This document shows, piece by piece, positions 1-13,105 of a DNA stretch of 64,000 nt. Position numbers and translations under genes: made by a program. The stretch covers positions 25,044,345 to 25,108,344 of the forward strand of contig NC_134028.1 in the NCBI RefSeq assembly GCF_964204645.1, given 5' to 3'. The DNA is from Tubulanus polymorphus (Eukaryota > Animalia > Nemertea). Within the stretch, counting starts at the first letter, position 1. Every line of letters starts with the position of its first letter. The notes beneath the pieces are model-generated. The model was given only the letters and a program-made list of their open reading frames with translations, was not told the DNA's origin and made no database searches.

Positions 1-3000
1 AGAGACACGAGCCTTGAATCGTGCTCGTTTCGTTGTAACGAGTCGTAGCGAAATGGTAACCCGGCTTGCAGGTCACAGAAACTTCGAACCTGTACGGGTG
101 TGGACCATCGTTCGGCTTAACAACCGTATTTTCGTTCAACGATAGCTTCGGGCAATCTGAAATGAAGCCATTATCTCTATGAATATATTTCAATCTTTAA
201 AAGAAAAAAAAACTGGCTTAAAGATAGTCGTGTGGGTGAGTGGTAAGAGCATTCATCTTTGGTATTCCATGTGCCATGGGTTCGAACCCAATCCATGTTT
301 TGTAGTACCCCGGTGCAAGACACTGGTCCTCAATGCCCCCAAAGCTAGGTGTACGTCGTTAGCGCTGAGTACTAGATTACTAATACGCTGTTAGGGATAT
401 ACGTTCGGTGTACCAATCAACTTAGGGCATCTGAACTTCCCTTGAAGATATTTGTCATGTACAAGAACTACAAATTTCCAGGCTAATTGTACAAGAAGCA
501 CAATTAGACGTATTACTATAATACCAACTTTTAATAGAATAGAACCGAACCTGCTGAGCACAGAAACTCGGAGTAGGTCTGGTTGACAGCCGGCTGGTAT
601 CGCGTGGCTAAAACCGTCCGCCTCCAATCGGATAAAAGTTCGCACAATTGCGTAGCATCGTTAAAGTTTAACGCCAGACATTTCTGGAAGGCGCTGCAGC
701 GATTCTGACAATCGGTCAAGTTGGCCACGGTAGAATTATCGAGGATTCCAGACGTCTTCAGGAACTGTCCACGTGCTATCATCCATCCTTTCGACTTGTT
801 CGCCGGGCATTCTAAATCAACTGCAAGAAGAAAGAGTAACTGTTTTTGAAAGAGAGTTAAATCATTTTCTCAAGTAACGAAATCATGCAATTACACAATT
901 CATTTTACGGCTTAATGTGTTCCAATAACACGCTACGATCTTTACATTGTTTATAGTGTAAGACGAATCCTCTTGTCTGGAAACTATTTTGTGAGGCGAC
1001 CTTCAAACGAATAAAAGCGAATCGCCAGGTTGTCCTGAACAGCAACTTTCTGAGATTTCGCGACTGAAGTTTAACAATTCTTTTTGCCACGTCTGTTTTG
1101 CCGTCGAAAATCTCTAGGTAAGCGTGTGGTCCATCGACATCGGCATCAGCAACCTGCGAAAAAAATATGAAAACATAAGAAAATAGCGTGGTAAAAGTAA
1201 TTAGTTGAGGAAACATCGATGGCTTCATGGGAGACACCTCACGAAGCGCGAAAAATGCGATCGCGAAAGTGCCTGGAAGTAACCATTCAAAAGAGTATCC
1301 TGATTTAATGACATTTGGGAATAGCTTTCTGAAACATAATGATACCATGACTTCTTCAATCATACAACGTCAGGTTGGAGATTCGTGTTGAATTAAATGG
1401 GGTAACCTTTCGAGGGATCTCAGAATCCCAATAGTAAGAAGTTATTAAAGTTCTCTTCAGCCGTGAAGGTTAAGTTAAATCTGATACCAATAAAAACCGA
1501 TCATTTACACCCACCTCTAGATTGAGATACGCCTCGGGCGCATTTGCGACGATTGAGTAGCTGTAATAGTCAGCTACGATATTTCCAGGCGTAAAAAACG
1601 GATACATCGGTGAAGCTAAACTCGACCAAGAATCGGCAGCGACGATTGTCGTAGAAATTTGAAAAGGCCACGGAATCTCTGTGTCATTAAGAAAGATGAA
1701 GAAAAACGACATTGAATTTCTAAATAAACTCACGATTCATACATAATATAGAGTCCCACATCAAAGATAAAATGAGGTAAAAATGTTTCCTATATTCGAT
1801 GTTTCAGCAATATCCTAAAAATAATCTCCAGGTATACTGATACGAAGTAATTCAGCATTCCTGAAGATGACGATAAGGGTATCGTCGAAGCTTATATTCT
1901 TGTTAGCATTTTTTATTTTACAAGGATTTGCAGATCAAGTGCAAATAAGTAAACTATAACAGAATATTCAGGGCATATTAGGGGCATTCGGTGTCTCTTT
2001 GTCTCTTTGAAATCCTTTGATTTCGCTTTTAGACTTTTTACGGAATTTGAGTTTCACGGCATACAATATCTCACTAAGTCCACGTGCGACACGCACGTCA
2101 CTATCTACCTTTTGATCCAGACACTGAAGGACACGTCTTTCCGTAGTAAGAAGATCCGTCTTTCTTTACAACCGCTGTGAATTCGGCGATCGTGTAACAA
2201 TATGAACCGGCGACGATGACGGCCACACAATCGAAACTATTAAGACACCCTGCACTGCAGCTGGCAGCGGTATAAGTGGCATTGAGTTGCGTTGACGTTG
2301 CATTCAAATTTTCTATCCCCACGTTATCTTTCTTTGACATTTTGCATTGGAGATCTGTGAATGTGAATGCATTCGGTGGAAGGTGGTAGATGAATAAAGT
2401 CTCACCCCGCAGAAAATTAACGAGATACATTTGTATAATGTAAACTTTCAGTCTATGAAAGTCAGACCTCAACGTTGTTTCGGTTGTTGATTGATCTGAT
2501 GGCCATTATTACTAGGTATAGTGAGATGCCTTGATTAGTCAATAGCCGAAACGCCGTGGTCATCAGGAACACTATCCATCGTAGATTTACTGCTCGGGTC
2601 GTCTTATTTGTAACTATAGTTAGCACGGGTGGAAGTCAGTGTTAATTCAACTAATGGTGGAAGGTGTGGTTGATGTATGATATATGAGTATAGAATTGAT
2701 GTTAACGAAAAGTATCATTTTAGATTGTCGCACTATTGTCCAGTTGCTTAATGAATGGCCTTATTCGGGGTATATATGAATATGTTAAGATACGTACTTT
2801 CAGACCAAGTTGCTTTGAAACCTTTTTTGTTGATCGTGTTATCGCTGTGAAATGATACGGTTATTTCGCCGAGTCCGGCGGGAAATGGGGTATTCGGAAC
2901 GACGGAGGTCAGACTGGTCGTGACGCGTTCAGGAGCGCTGTTATTGCGTTTCGTGTACACGACGAGCCAGTCGATACCTGTTTCCATTTCGAAACGTTCG

Positions 3001-5306
3001 AACTGAAATGAGAGAAGTTTAACTGAAAGTGGTGCCGTTACTGCGGTTATTCAAGATCTACCAGGTTCGCTAATAGTCCGATATTCTTCCTCGATAGGGA
3101 TGCGAACCTGATGGCGTCGCAAGACTCGGCCACGACTCAAAACCCTGCCTCTGATAAGGCCCATTAAAAAGACACTTCAGAATGGTTTTAGAATCAGATA
3201 TTTATTGTATACAATACCTGAAGAAATATAGAGCCTGGAGATTTGATTTTCCAGCGGCAGTTTGTACCACTTTCATACGGATTCGGACTGGAGAATGTCG
3301 GCGTCGATACGTCATGGGTACAGATCGGAACTGAAAGGAAAAGAGAACCGTATCTCAAAATATTCTTCACTCCTGCAACGCTACTGCGGCAACGGAGGAT
3401 TCCACTCGTGGCAAGCGAGGATCCACCAGGTTCGCTAGTTGTCTTCAACGCTCTCCAGGGGAATCATACCGAACAAGAATAGTCCATTTAATAGTTAGCG
3501 TTTGTATGATAACATTTGGATACGGTAGTTTAAAAGGATACTTAAAAATTGATTGGAAATTACGGAATTTCCACAACGCAAGACTGACTGCTAGTCATGC
3601 CATCTGGTGTCGGGGTTTGATACATACTTTTGCTTGTGCAGTTGATCGCCTCGTCACTCGCGTCTCCACAATCATCGAGGCCATCGCAAACCCACGATTG
3701 ACTCAAGCATTTACCATTCTTACAGCGAAATTCACCTATAAATAAACAAAAGAAAATAAAGAAAATGCGTTTATTGCTTATTGAGATATTTCATTTTACG
3801 AAAATCGATCATAATCTAAATAGAATATATAAACGATCTCAAACCTAGTAACAAGTAAATAATCAGTAAATCGTCTCAGTAGGCCAGTTGGGTAAGACGT
3901 GAGGCTATCAGTGATAAGTGGAAAGTGAATTAATTTATAATTTATAATAATAATTTATAATTCCTCAGCCATAGAGGTACAATATAGATGAAACGCCCAT
4001 GTACAGCGTTGACTCTAATTCACACCGTCCTGTGGAAATGGGTCGTGTGCGGTTGTTATCAAACGAAATCTTAGAAACAATTCCGTTTTTATTTTCTACG
4101 GATTCTAAGGTATCTATTTACAATTTTAGAATAAGAAGACACTTACCCGAAGAGCAAGCCTTAAGTTGGCAAACAGACGAGCGCGGATACGAGCACCTTT
4201 TCATTGCCAAAAGGAATGTATTCGCCGGGAAGAATCCCCATTGATGACTAGTTAATGATAACTGGACAACTGAACATTGAGTCGTATTCGACAGGTCGGG
4301 CTGACCTGAATCCCAGTGAAATTCATATACTGGTTTGGTTTGGGATTTTTTGTTGAATACGACGACTTCGCTGTTTTCTGCCAGTGCGATTCGATTCATT
4401 CCTTTAAATATAATCGTTTAGACTTCTGATGAACAATTTTCAATTAATCCGCTTTAAGCTTTATGTTGATGAATTCTACTCTATTTTAAATGCAACTTTC
4501 TTGAACATATTACCGGGTGCTATTAAAGGCAACCATTTGATATTTAATTTCTTTACCCTTTGGCTGGGATTTAAACAATCTTACCGATAAACATCTCACG
4601 GACACCAGAATTTATTTTTCGCCCTAATTGAGCAATATTTTGAATATCGTGAAAATCCGTTACTTCAGCAAGAATAGCACCATTTCTACAAACAAAATAT
4701 GGGCTGTTTTATTTGCGAGCATCCACTTCAGCCCAAAGGGCCACCAAGCACTGTTCTTCGTGGAATTATTGCTCTAACCATCCAGTTCGACGGTTGTTTT
4801 TTTCAGGTTTGACTCAGAGTTAACTTATTGAAAATGAACTAATTTTATTTAACTCACAACCGTGGAACTGGGTCCTTATGGTTAACAAGAATTAACATTT
4901 GAGCAACTGGCCTTTGTTTAATTTAAGCTTGAAATAGTGCTTAAACATGATTAAGCTTAAACTGTTGTACTTATCGAAAATATTAAGTGGGACATTTTCG
5001 TGACTGGAATACTTACTGTTGACAATTCGAGTAAGCTTTAGACCACGACAGCTCCTGATTAACGTATCGCAGACACGCATCACCAAACAGTTCCCAACCT
5101 TCGAAAAAATGCGTTCAGATATTTAGAAACTTTCAAAGCACACACATACTAGGCATTTCATGGAGAGCTCTAGATTATCGAAGCAATGATTCTTCACATA
5201 TATATGCTCGAAGAATTACGGCATGAAAAATAGGATTGAATTTTGAGGTTTTTTTGTCCGTATTCGAATATTCTGTCTTACCTGTCGGGCATTCTAAACG
5301 CACGAC
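1..5306 (-). CDS. Large mosaic extracellular protein, partial (C-type lectin, LDLa, CUB, PAN/apple, CUB, PAN/apple, Sushi/CCP); continues beyond the left edge, first coding exon not resolved
   Basis: Phase-consistent GT-AG exons: 5306-5282, 5098-5017, 4685-4585, 4401-4147 (CTL: [39 protein letters not shown]...MFIG...WDSGQPD...C); 3735-3628 (LDLa: [32 protein letters not shown]); 3330-3218 and 3002-2798 (CUB: [17 protein letters not shown]...[16 protein letters not shown]); 2354-2109 (PAN: [14 protein letters not shown]); 1678-1515 and 1153-946 (divergent CUB); 820-551 (PAN: [16 protein letters not shown]); 156-1 (Sushi start: CPKL...[11 protein letters not shown]). Confidence 0.85.
225..296 (+). 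mobile_element. tRNA-derived SINE head (intronic)
   Basis: Pol III A-box-like TGGGTGAGTGG and B-box GGTTCGAACCC at tRNA-like spacing; I could not fold a canonical cloverleaf. Confidence 0.5.
3377..3440. repeat. Short dispersed repeat (core GGCAAGCGAGGATCCACCAGGTTCGCTAG)
   Basis: Related copies at ~3055-3072, ~7001-7040, ~17051-17082, ~17376-17396, and a reverse-complement copy at ~58163-58229. Confidence 0.65.
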
Positions 5307-8300
5307 CTGAAAACACAAACCGCACGATCAATTATCATGAATAGCATTTGAATTCGAGAAATCTGTCACCCTGATAAAAGTTGCATATTTCATAATCATA
5401 CATATATATATATCTACAATGTCATATCGAATGGTTCATAATATTTCATATCTTTAACTACATGAAATGCTTTACGTCGCAAACATGTCACTAGGTGTTA
5501 GTTTGCGAGTCCTGATGTCTACAAGTTGTCAGACACCTAGTTCTCACATCATACTCATGATTCTTATGTTGCCGACCGACTACCAAACTCTCTTTTTGGT
5601 AAATATTTTTTTCTTTTCAATGCAAATCATGATGTCGGCTCCGAGATCACTATCAAAAAAACATTTTGGAAATGGTGCAGCCATGCTCAGACAACTTTCC
5701 TAGTCGGACATTGATGGCGACCTTTCCAGGAATTCTGTGAAATATGTTCAAAATATTTTTTTTTATAGGTAATTCTGCAAACACTTGAATTTCCTTTTAT
5801 TATTATGGTCTACTAGCTGTTAATCGTATTCCTGACTAAAGATTTGGTCCAGTAAAAATTAGTTACGGCGACCTACCCACTGTTAGAAGAATAACTAAAA
5901 TAACTTTAAAATAACTAGAATAACTTTTTTTTCCATGAAAAGAAAAATCATTTTGGTGATTGCCCCACCCGAGAAACAGGATTTTTTTTTGGTTTGGCCT
6001 TATTTGAAGTAGAGCGCATGAAATCGTTTGTAGAAAACAATTACCAACACGCAAATAACCTAATTTTATATCTACTACGAGACATATCTGAGAGGAGTGT
6101 ACAGTATGAATTTATCCATAATATAATAACATGAATTAATTGAAACTGCGATGATATATGGGGATCGATGAGGTTGTACTGGTAATGTTATCTCAATTAC
6201 TATGGTTATTCTTCATTTACTACCTGACCACTTATTATGGATGATGATAATTTTTTTCTTTCGGTTGACAAGGGTAACTGTATTTGTGTTGTGTTATTGC
6301 CTGAACACTGCTCTGATGTCAGATGTTGCACGTTACTATCATTGTATCTCCAGATTACGTCACAAAGCTATTTCCAGTCAGTAATCGAAAGATCTTCGAA
6401 ACAGAAATGCGTACTACTTGCTATCACCAACTGGACTTCGGGACGCTATAACTACACAACACGTCGCTAGTTTTGTTCGTCGCAGAATCAACCATGTTCA
6501 AATCATCATGTTCAAAGGCACCACGAACACGTGCTGGAAAATTGCATGACTAAATTCCGAGCATGATTAAAAACATACTCATTTATATGAAGCACATTCA
6601 CAGCGTCGACGCGTGGCTTCAGTCGTTATTGTGAAAAAAGCGATTGAGTTGCAAACGGCTATTGATTTTTCGTATGCCTGAAAAATGATTCTATAAGCGC
6701 CAAATTGCTGCCTGTTCAGCGATGTTATTTATTTTCTATGTGTTACATTGAAATTACGCCCGCTGGGCCGTTTGATAACGTACGTAACCATAGTGACCTT
6801 TCTTTCTGAAGTTGATCCTTCATGGGTTTTTGTGTATAGGCAAATCAGATGTATGAATTGATATATAACATTTTCAATCATTCTGTAATCGAGAAGCAAA
6901 TGAGCGACTTTTTGGAATATGATGGTTATTACCTATCGTAGGAGCGATTCACATGTATAATCTCATTATTTGGGGAATCAACGCAACTGTAACAATTTAG
7001 GATTCCACACATTAGCAAAGGTCCACCAGGTGTCACTAGTGTACGGTCAGAATATCGATTATTGTGCCAATCGAGGATTCCATACATGGCAATCGAGTGT
7101 CCACCCGGTTCGACAGTACGTAATTACTTTTGACACGATATGAGCCTGAGAATTCAGTGTTCAGACTTAATTGCAAAAAGGCTCATTTTGACAAAGACTG
7201 GCGCCATCTGGTGTGATAGCTGGTGTCGCGGGTCCCCGTTCTAGGAAGCCGATCCTACAGTTGAGAATTATGGGTTAAGACAAAGTTTACATTTTCTGTA
7301 TTAACCTAGGCCGGTATCATAATCGAAACCTGACGACATAAACTAGCTCAGTCTTAGCAAAATTGTATGTATTTGTCAATAAGGTTCTGGCTCACTATCC
7401 AGTTAATTAGCGCAACTGCTCTGTCGTATATACTCGATGAGAATCGGTACTGATTAATTAGGGTTTTCTGAATTTCATCGAAAACCCTCTTGAAATTCTG
7501 TTGATTATTATTACTATTTATTTTCCGCCGATTTCGTCAAATGAAATTCATCTTCATTCAGATTCGGCAACTGACAGCTTCGAAACGAAATGTATAAATT
7601 GATACTGTAATAACGGTCTCTCTGAACCAACAGATTGCCTGAATGTACTTTCCATCCTATTTGAAACTTAAAATTACTTATTAGGTTACTGTAAAAAAAG
7701 AATTGAATTAAATTGTTAGACAACAAGCACCGGCGAAATAACAGTTTGTGACGTCATTTAGTAAGTAAATAAAGGAGGGCTCCGAGAATTTCCAAATCAC
7801 GGGACTACTGGGGTTAGACCATTCAACCAAAATGAGGATTGCTCCGATAATATCCAAATCATCTCATTTTATTTTTCCATCGAATACCCGGTAATTAATT
7901 TTTCCTTTCGATCACATGCATCCAGAAAACCCGTTATCGCTGCTTTGCAGCTATATTTAACTTTGATCTCGATTTTCATTCTTCCATTGCAAAAAACTGG
8001 GGATTAAAGTTCATATAATTTGAAAAACTATCGACAAATTTCAAGTTTCCACCGTTGACATGGTATCGTACACTAGTGACTCCTGGCAGATTCTGGAGGA
8101 ATATTGCTTGCCGCAGTAAGTACCCGATTCTATATATCAGCGCATAAAGACATTCTGCTATATCAAAATATTCCTTAGATATTACAGTCATTCAATACAT
8201 GTACAAGTTAATCGTTATTGAGTTGTTTTTTTAATGGCCGGTGACAATACCTTGTATGACCGGTTTTACTCAGAACGGCTGAATTAAGAGTTTACGCCTT

Positions 8301-9067
8301 CACATACATATTAGTATAAAGGCCGTTTTATATAGAACTCCAGAATGAATGATTCATTTTCCATTTTGTTTCTATTTTTCGATCGTAAATTGCCAGTTCA
8401 ACTTAACGATTATGGAAGGAAAATGATCACCAATTTCGACTTTATCTTTCATATTGCTATACTCAAAATAACCCTGATGCAGTGGGATGGGTGAGTGGGT
8501 GATAATGAAATTCAATATAAACACGTAGGTGAATAGGAAGTTCTGTCTACGAAATAATGAATGAATGAATGAATGAAGTTTATTTAGACACAAAAGGCCA
8601 GTACAGAGGTCAAGAGAATACAAATATATTCAAGGATTCATCCCAAGCCAAACAAGGCTGTACTCAGAGAGGGGATGAACCCTGAAAACTAATGAAAATG
8701 ACAATAGATTATGATATATACATATAATAGTTCTGATAAATCAGATCCTTACAATATTGATGGTAATGATAATGATAAGAATACTAATAAAGTTAATGAT
8801 GAAAATGATAATAAATGATGGCATTTTTTACCGATTGACTTAGGTATCTATAAGGCCCTACCTGTAAATTGCACAGTACGGCTTCACAAAATAAACATGA
8901 CAGCCAGAGAAAATGTTTCGTTTCCATTATTTAGATTAATCCGTTTAGATGCCTTAGTACTTCTCTCAGATTCTGTGCGTCATAATTCAACGTAGCGTCG
9001 CTGCCGATGTGAGACAATTTTAGATTATTTACGAGAAAACAGTTTTATGAAATAGATTCATTCCACT

Positions 9068-9104
9068 GTTGTTGTTGTTGTTGTTGTTGTGGTTGCGGTT
9101 GTTG
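9068..9104. repeat. (GTT)n microsatellite
   Basis: Read directly: gttgttgttgttgttgttgttgtggttgcggttgttg. Confidence 0.85.
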
Positions 9105-10057
9105 ATAGTCCTCAGAATACCGTCGTAATTGGTTATCTTTCTACGAGTCGCGCGTCTTCGAACCGACGACTCCTTAATTATCGTCTAGTGTACGTGATAA
9201 TGAATTTTAGAAAATGATAATGATAATCGAAATCCAGAATCAAAACACGAAAATAACACGAATTGACACCGCACAATAAACTAGTCCTGAACAGTCACAA
9301 GTCCACAATACGGGCGTGTAGGGTGCGGTAGGTACGTAGGGTGGGGTGCCGCGTGCGCGTATGTTAAGAAATTCAGGTCACCAGTGAAAACCATTGGACG
9401 ACTCATCGATCACGGGCTGGCTACGCTTTATTGCACTGGTATAAATAAAGAATTCTCTCGATAGAGAAAAAACCTGTAGCTACACCGAATAGCACACGCA
9501 TAATACGTTGAGCTTAAAACGTCGAATCAGGTTCATTTGCGAGGACAATGCATTTATTAATAAACCAGTATTCGTAGATATATTGCATACGTGTTTATAT
9601 CTCGAGATTGAAAGACGTATATAATATAAAGGCACCGTCGCTGAAGAGAGATGCTACATAGAGAGCAATGTCCTATCACCATAGACGACAAAGACGACAT
9701 TTCCTAACTTGGCGCTCGCAGTTATAGAGGATAGATGTAAACATTATTCCTTTTTGAGTTCTTTTCTTGTTAGTTTGGATGATGTTAGTAACGCAGATGT
9801 TGGTATCCTCATATTGACTTCGAAGGATTTGGACACCCTTGTCCCTACTCTGAGATATATAAGGGATTGTTCAGTTTTCTGAGGATTAAGCTTAGGAAAT
9901 ACTGCCCCCTTGTGTCATCGTCCGTAACGATATGTTTATTGCTCGTCCTTTTTATTGCCTATTTTGTGAATCTTCGGTATTTCAATTGTATATATTTGTT
10001 GCATATTTCCCAATTGTTTGTATCTGATGTTGTAATCATTAATGCTAAGGATCAATG

Positions 10058-10107
10058 AATAATGATAATAATGATAATGATAATAATAGAAATAATGATA
10101 ATAATAA
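10058..10107. repeat. (ATA/ATG)n degenerate microsatellite
   Basis: aataatgataataatgataatgataataatagaaataatgataataataa; it accounts for the spurious YYYHY ORF on the minus strand. Confidence 0.8.
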
Positions 10108-12049
10108 CATTTATTTTTATATCGCTCAATTATGAAATTAGATGAAAATATCCTCAACTGGAACTTAAGCATTTGTGGATTGATAAAACTGACGTTTTGG
10201 CTGTTGACTAACCATCAGATGGATGATGTAAAACATTTCATTTATCTAAATCAATTCGAGTGCGTGCAGATATCTGGCTGTTGAGTTTATGGCGTGAAGT
10301 CGAATGTTACAGAGGAAGCTTAAGTTCGCACTAAGCACGAATTGTTTAAATTCAACATGTCAGGTGGATATGGCTGAAATCGAAACCTTGATAAATGGTT
10401 ATGCATAAGTTGAAAGTGTGAAACCAAACTAAAACTGTCAAGGGACCCATTTAAACGAACGACAACAACGATACGTGTTCAACTGAACGCGACAGACGAT
10501 CTCATTTAGCAGTTATTTCTGACTTCTATATAACGTGAAATAAAAACATTTTCCTCGTAGATCCAAATCCAATTGCGAATATAGAAATATTATGTATAGC
10601 TAATATATAATGGGAAGACCCAGAAAACGTTCGAATACGTTCGAAACGTTCAGAATATCTCAATATTGTTTTTCGTAGAAATGTTTCTTTTTTCTTATGA
10701 CTTGAAATGTTAAAGAACGTTGTTAGATCGTTTGTAGGTTTTCAATTAAAGCCGTTACACACACGTTTATAAAGGTATCATCAGTATTATATTATTTACC
10801 TTCTAATCAATCATCTTGAAGCACAAGTATGTCTGTTGGCCCCACTAAATGATATGTTTTTGAACTACAGTAATGACGTCGTTACTAGAATTAAGAGGCC
10901 AGGACTTTCAATGCATCTAAATACATCTACGTATTTTTCCAGAACTCGATGGTGACGGCTGCGCCTAGAATGTTCGAGTAAAATAGAAGAAAATTTTGCC
11001 CCATTTTCCTGAAATTTGTGTTTTCTTGATATTAGTTTTGCCTTATAGCGTTGACATATTCGACACTCTGAATATGTGTATCAAATATATTTTCAATCAA
11101 AGTACGTTTGACACCAAGATGTTAGGCGTAATACATATTAATACCAAGTCTGTCGTAGATGAGGACAATGGTTGGATGTTGATGACATCAGTTCGCGAAA
11201 AGGACAATAATGATATTAACACGCGAACGCCTATTTAGAATACGGCTACACTTACCACGAATAGAATATATAAGCTGCGGGCCAGGACAAAAGCTAGAGC
11301 CTAGTTGGATCCATTTCGTAGAGACTTATATTATCGCCTCATTGAAACGGTTCAACTACGGCCGCATCTTTACGACGATTGTATTCTATTTTTTACATAA
11401 ATCATTTTAATTGATGGATATAAATTTTCGGCCGTCGAGAAAAATGATAAACGTAAATGATGAACACGGGATGAAATGGGATGCCGGCATACCATCTAGA
11501 GGCACAACTCGCTTCTGCTTGATAAACTTTGCGAAGGCATTCAAAAATTAAACACTTTTGGCGTTTATATGTTAGTTTTCTTTTGAAAATAGTTTAACGC
11601 GAGTGTTTTTATGAGCAAAAATCTAACTTTTTACAACAGAATGACAAATTAGTCGAGGAATTATTTCGGTATTCACAAAAAATGTTTTAATTCCGCCGAC
11701 AAGCACAGAGTCTTACGTTGTCGAAATGAGTTCATTGTCGATAAACCGTGAAACTCATTCTCTCCCGACACCATACATTATTACCGGGCCACCAAATATA
11801 CGTTAATCTAATCTTCTCAATGTGATTTGTATAGTTTTCATGATTTATTCAAGAGAAAAGTTCATTCGATTTCAAATGAAATCTAGAAAATATTGAAAAC
11901 GTTGAAGACGGAGTAACTAATAGTGACACCCGGTGGATCCTCACTCGCCATGATGTGGAATCCTCGATTACCACGGTAGCGCTTCAGCTTCCAAGTTGGT
12001 CCATCATGTTTGGCTCATCCCTGGCGGGTGCGATACATTTTTTTTTCAA

Positions 12050-13105
12050 CTACCAATTATTCGAGGAAACAACGTTGTTCATAGGAAGCACGGCTATCGA
12101 ATTATGGAAAGATTGTTTCTTACAACGCAACATCATCAAAGTGCACACACGGATAGATTTGTTGTTGATGATGTACAAGATCGGGTTGATCGCCGAATTC
12201 GCCAAGGTGAGTATAATAAGTGCGCGACGAAGATTATGCGGGGGTACTACTCGGTCGTAGCTGGTTTCTATTGCCAACAGAATCGACATCGGTGTCCAAC
12301 AAACGATAAAAATTAACGTCGATATCGCTACCGATCGAGTAACCGATCGTTCTCGGGAATAGTGAATTTTGTTCAACGCGTTTTGCATATCGGGTTCGAC
12401 TCGAGACGCCCGCTTGCGGACCACCGTGTACAGTTTGATATAGATTAGCACGATTAGTATTTCGACTGTTATAACGATGGTCGTCATGGTTCGCAAACTT
12501 CGCGGGCTCATACTTTGTAAATCGCACGTAGATGTGTCGCCGGTAAAGCTGGGTAGAGACAAGAATAAAGTACTGCCAATTATCGAGAAAACCAAGGAGA
12601 ATACAGTGTGAAAAACAAGGCGTCTCCGGCGCTTATTCACGTTGCGAAATACGATAGGGTCCATGACCGCAATGATGCGATCGCAACCGAGTGTTAACAT
12701 GTTCAACATACTAAAAAAGCTCACCATTAAACCGATCCATTTCATCGTTTGACACAAATGATATCTCCCCGATTGCGGCAGAAGAAAGTGCTTGAATTCC
12801 ATAGCCACGACTACGCCGATCAAAACATCGGACAAAGCCCGACACACTACTAAACAGTTCGTATAAGTTCGCAGTCTTCGAAATTTCGATATGACTAAAA
12901 TCAAAAGGATATTCGCCCCGGAAATCACTACTGAAAATGTCAACAGGAACAGCGTCACGGCGATGATGACAACGTATCTTTTCGGCCGTTCCTCCTTGTC
13001 CGAGTAATCCGATATAAACGACGAATTTGAAGAGAAAATGCAGGACGAATTTTGAGAAGTCACGACATCGGCGCCTGAATGATTTTGGCAGTTGGTCAAA
13101 TTCAT
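12050..13105 (-). CDS. Intronless class A (rhodopsin-family) GPCR, orphan, adenosine/amine-receptor-like
   Basis: 351 aa ORF with seven hydrophobic segments, N-terminal N-glycosylation sequons, TM2 LSD, TM3 DRI (DRY-like), TM6 CWTP, TM7 NSAINPILY (NPxxY). Confidence 0.93.
   Translation of the reverse strand: MNLTNCQNHSGADVVTSQNSSCIFSSNSSFISDYSDKEERPKRYVVIIAVTLFLLTFSVVISGANILLILVISKFRRLRTYTNCLVVCRALSDVLIGVVVAMEFKHFLLPQSGRYHLCQTMKWIGLMVSFFSMLNMLTLGCDRIIAVMDPIVFRNVNKRRRRLVFHTVFSLVFSIIGSTLFLSLPSFTGDTSTCDLQSMSPRSLRTMTTIVITVEILIVLIYIKLYTVVRKRASRVEPDMQNALNKIHYSRERSVTRSVAISTLIFIVCWTPMSILLAIETSYDRVVPPHNLRRALIILTLANSAINPILYIINNKSIRVCTLMMLRCKKQSFHNSIAVLPMNNVVSSNNW

Noticed and set aside
225-296. tRNA genes here, at 35305-35410 and at 38180-38250
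   Set aside because: A/B boxes are present but I found no complete cloverleaf or acceptor stem; better explained as tRNA-derived SINE heads.
5863-6054. Signal-peptide exon of the CTL-CUB gene
   Set aside because: The hydrophobic stretch comes from a short TAACT repeat; no in-frame ATG with a phase-compatible donor was found.
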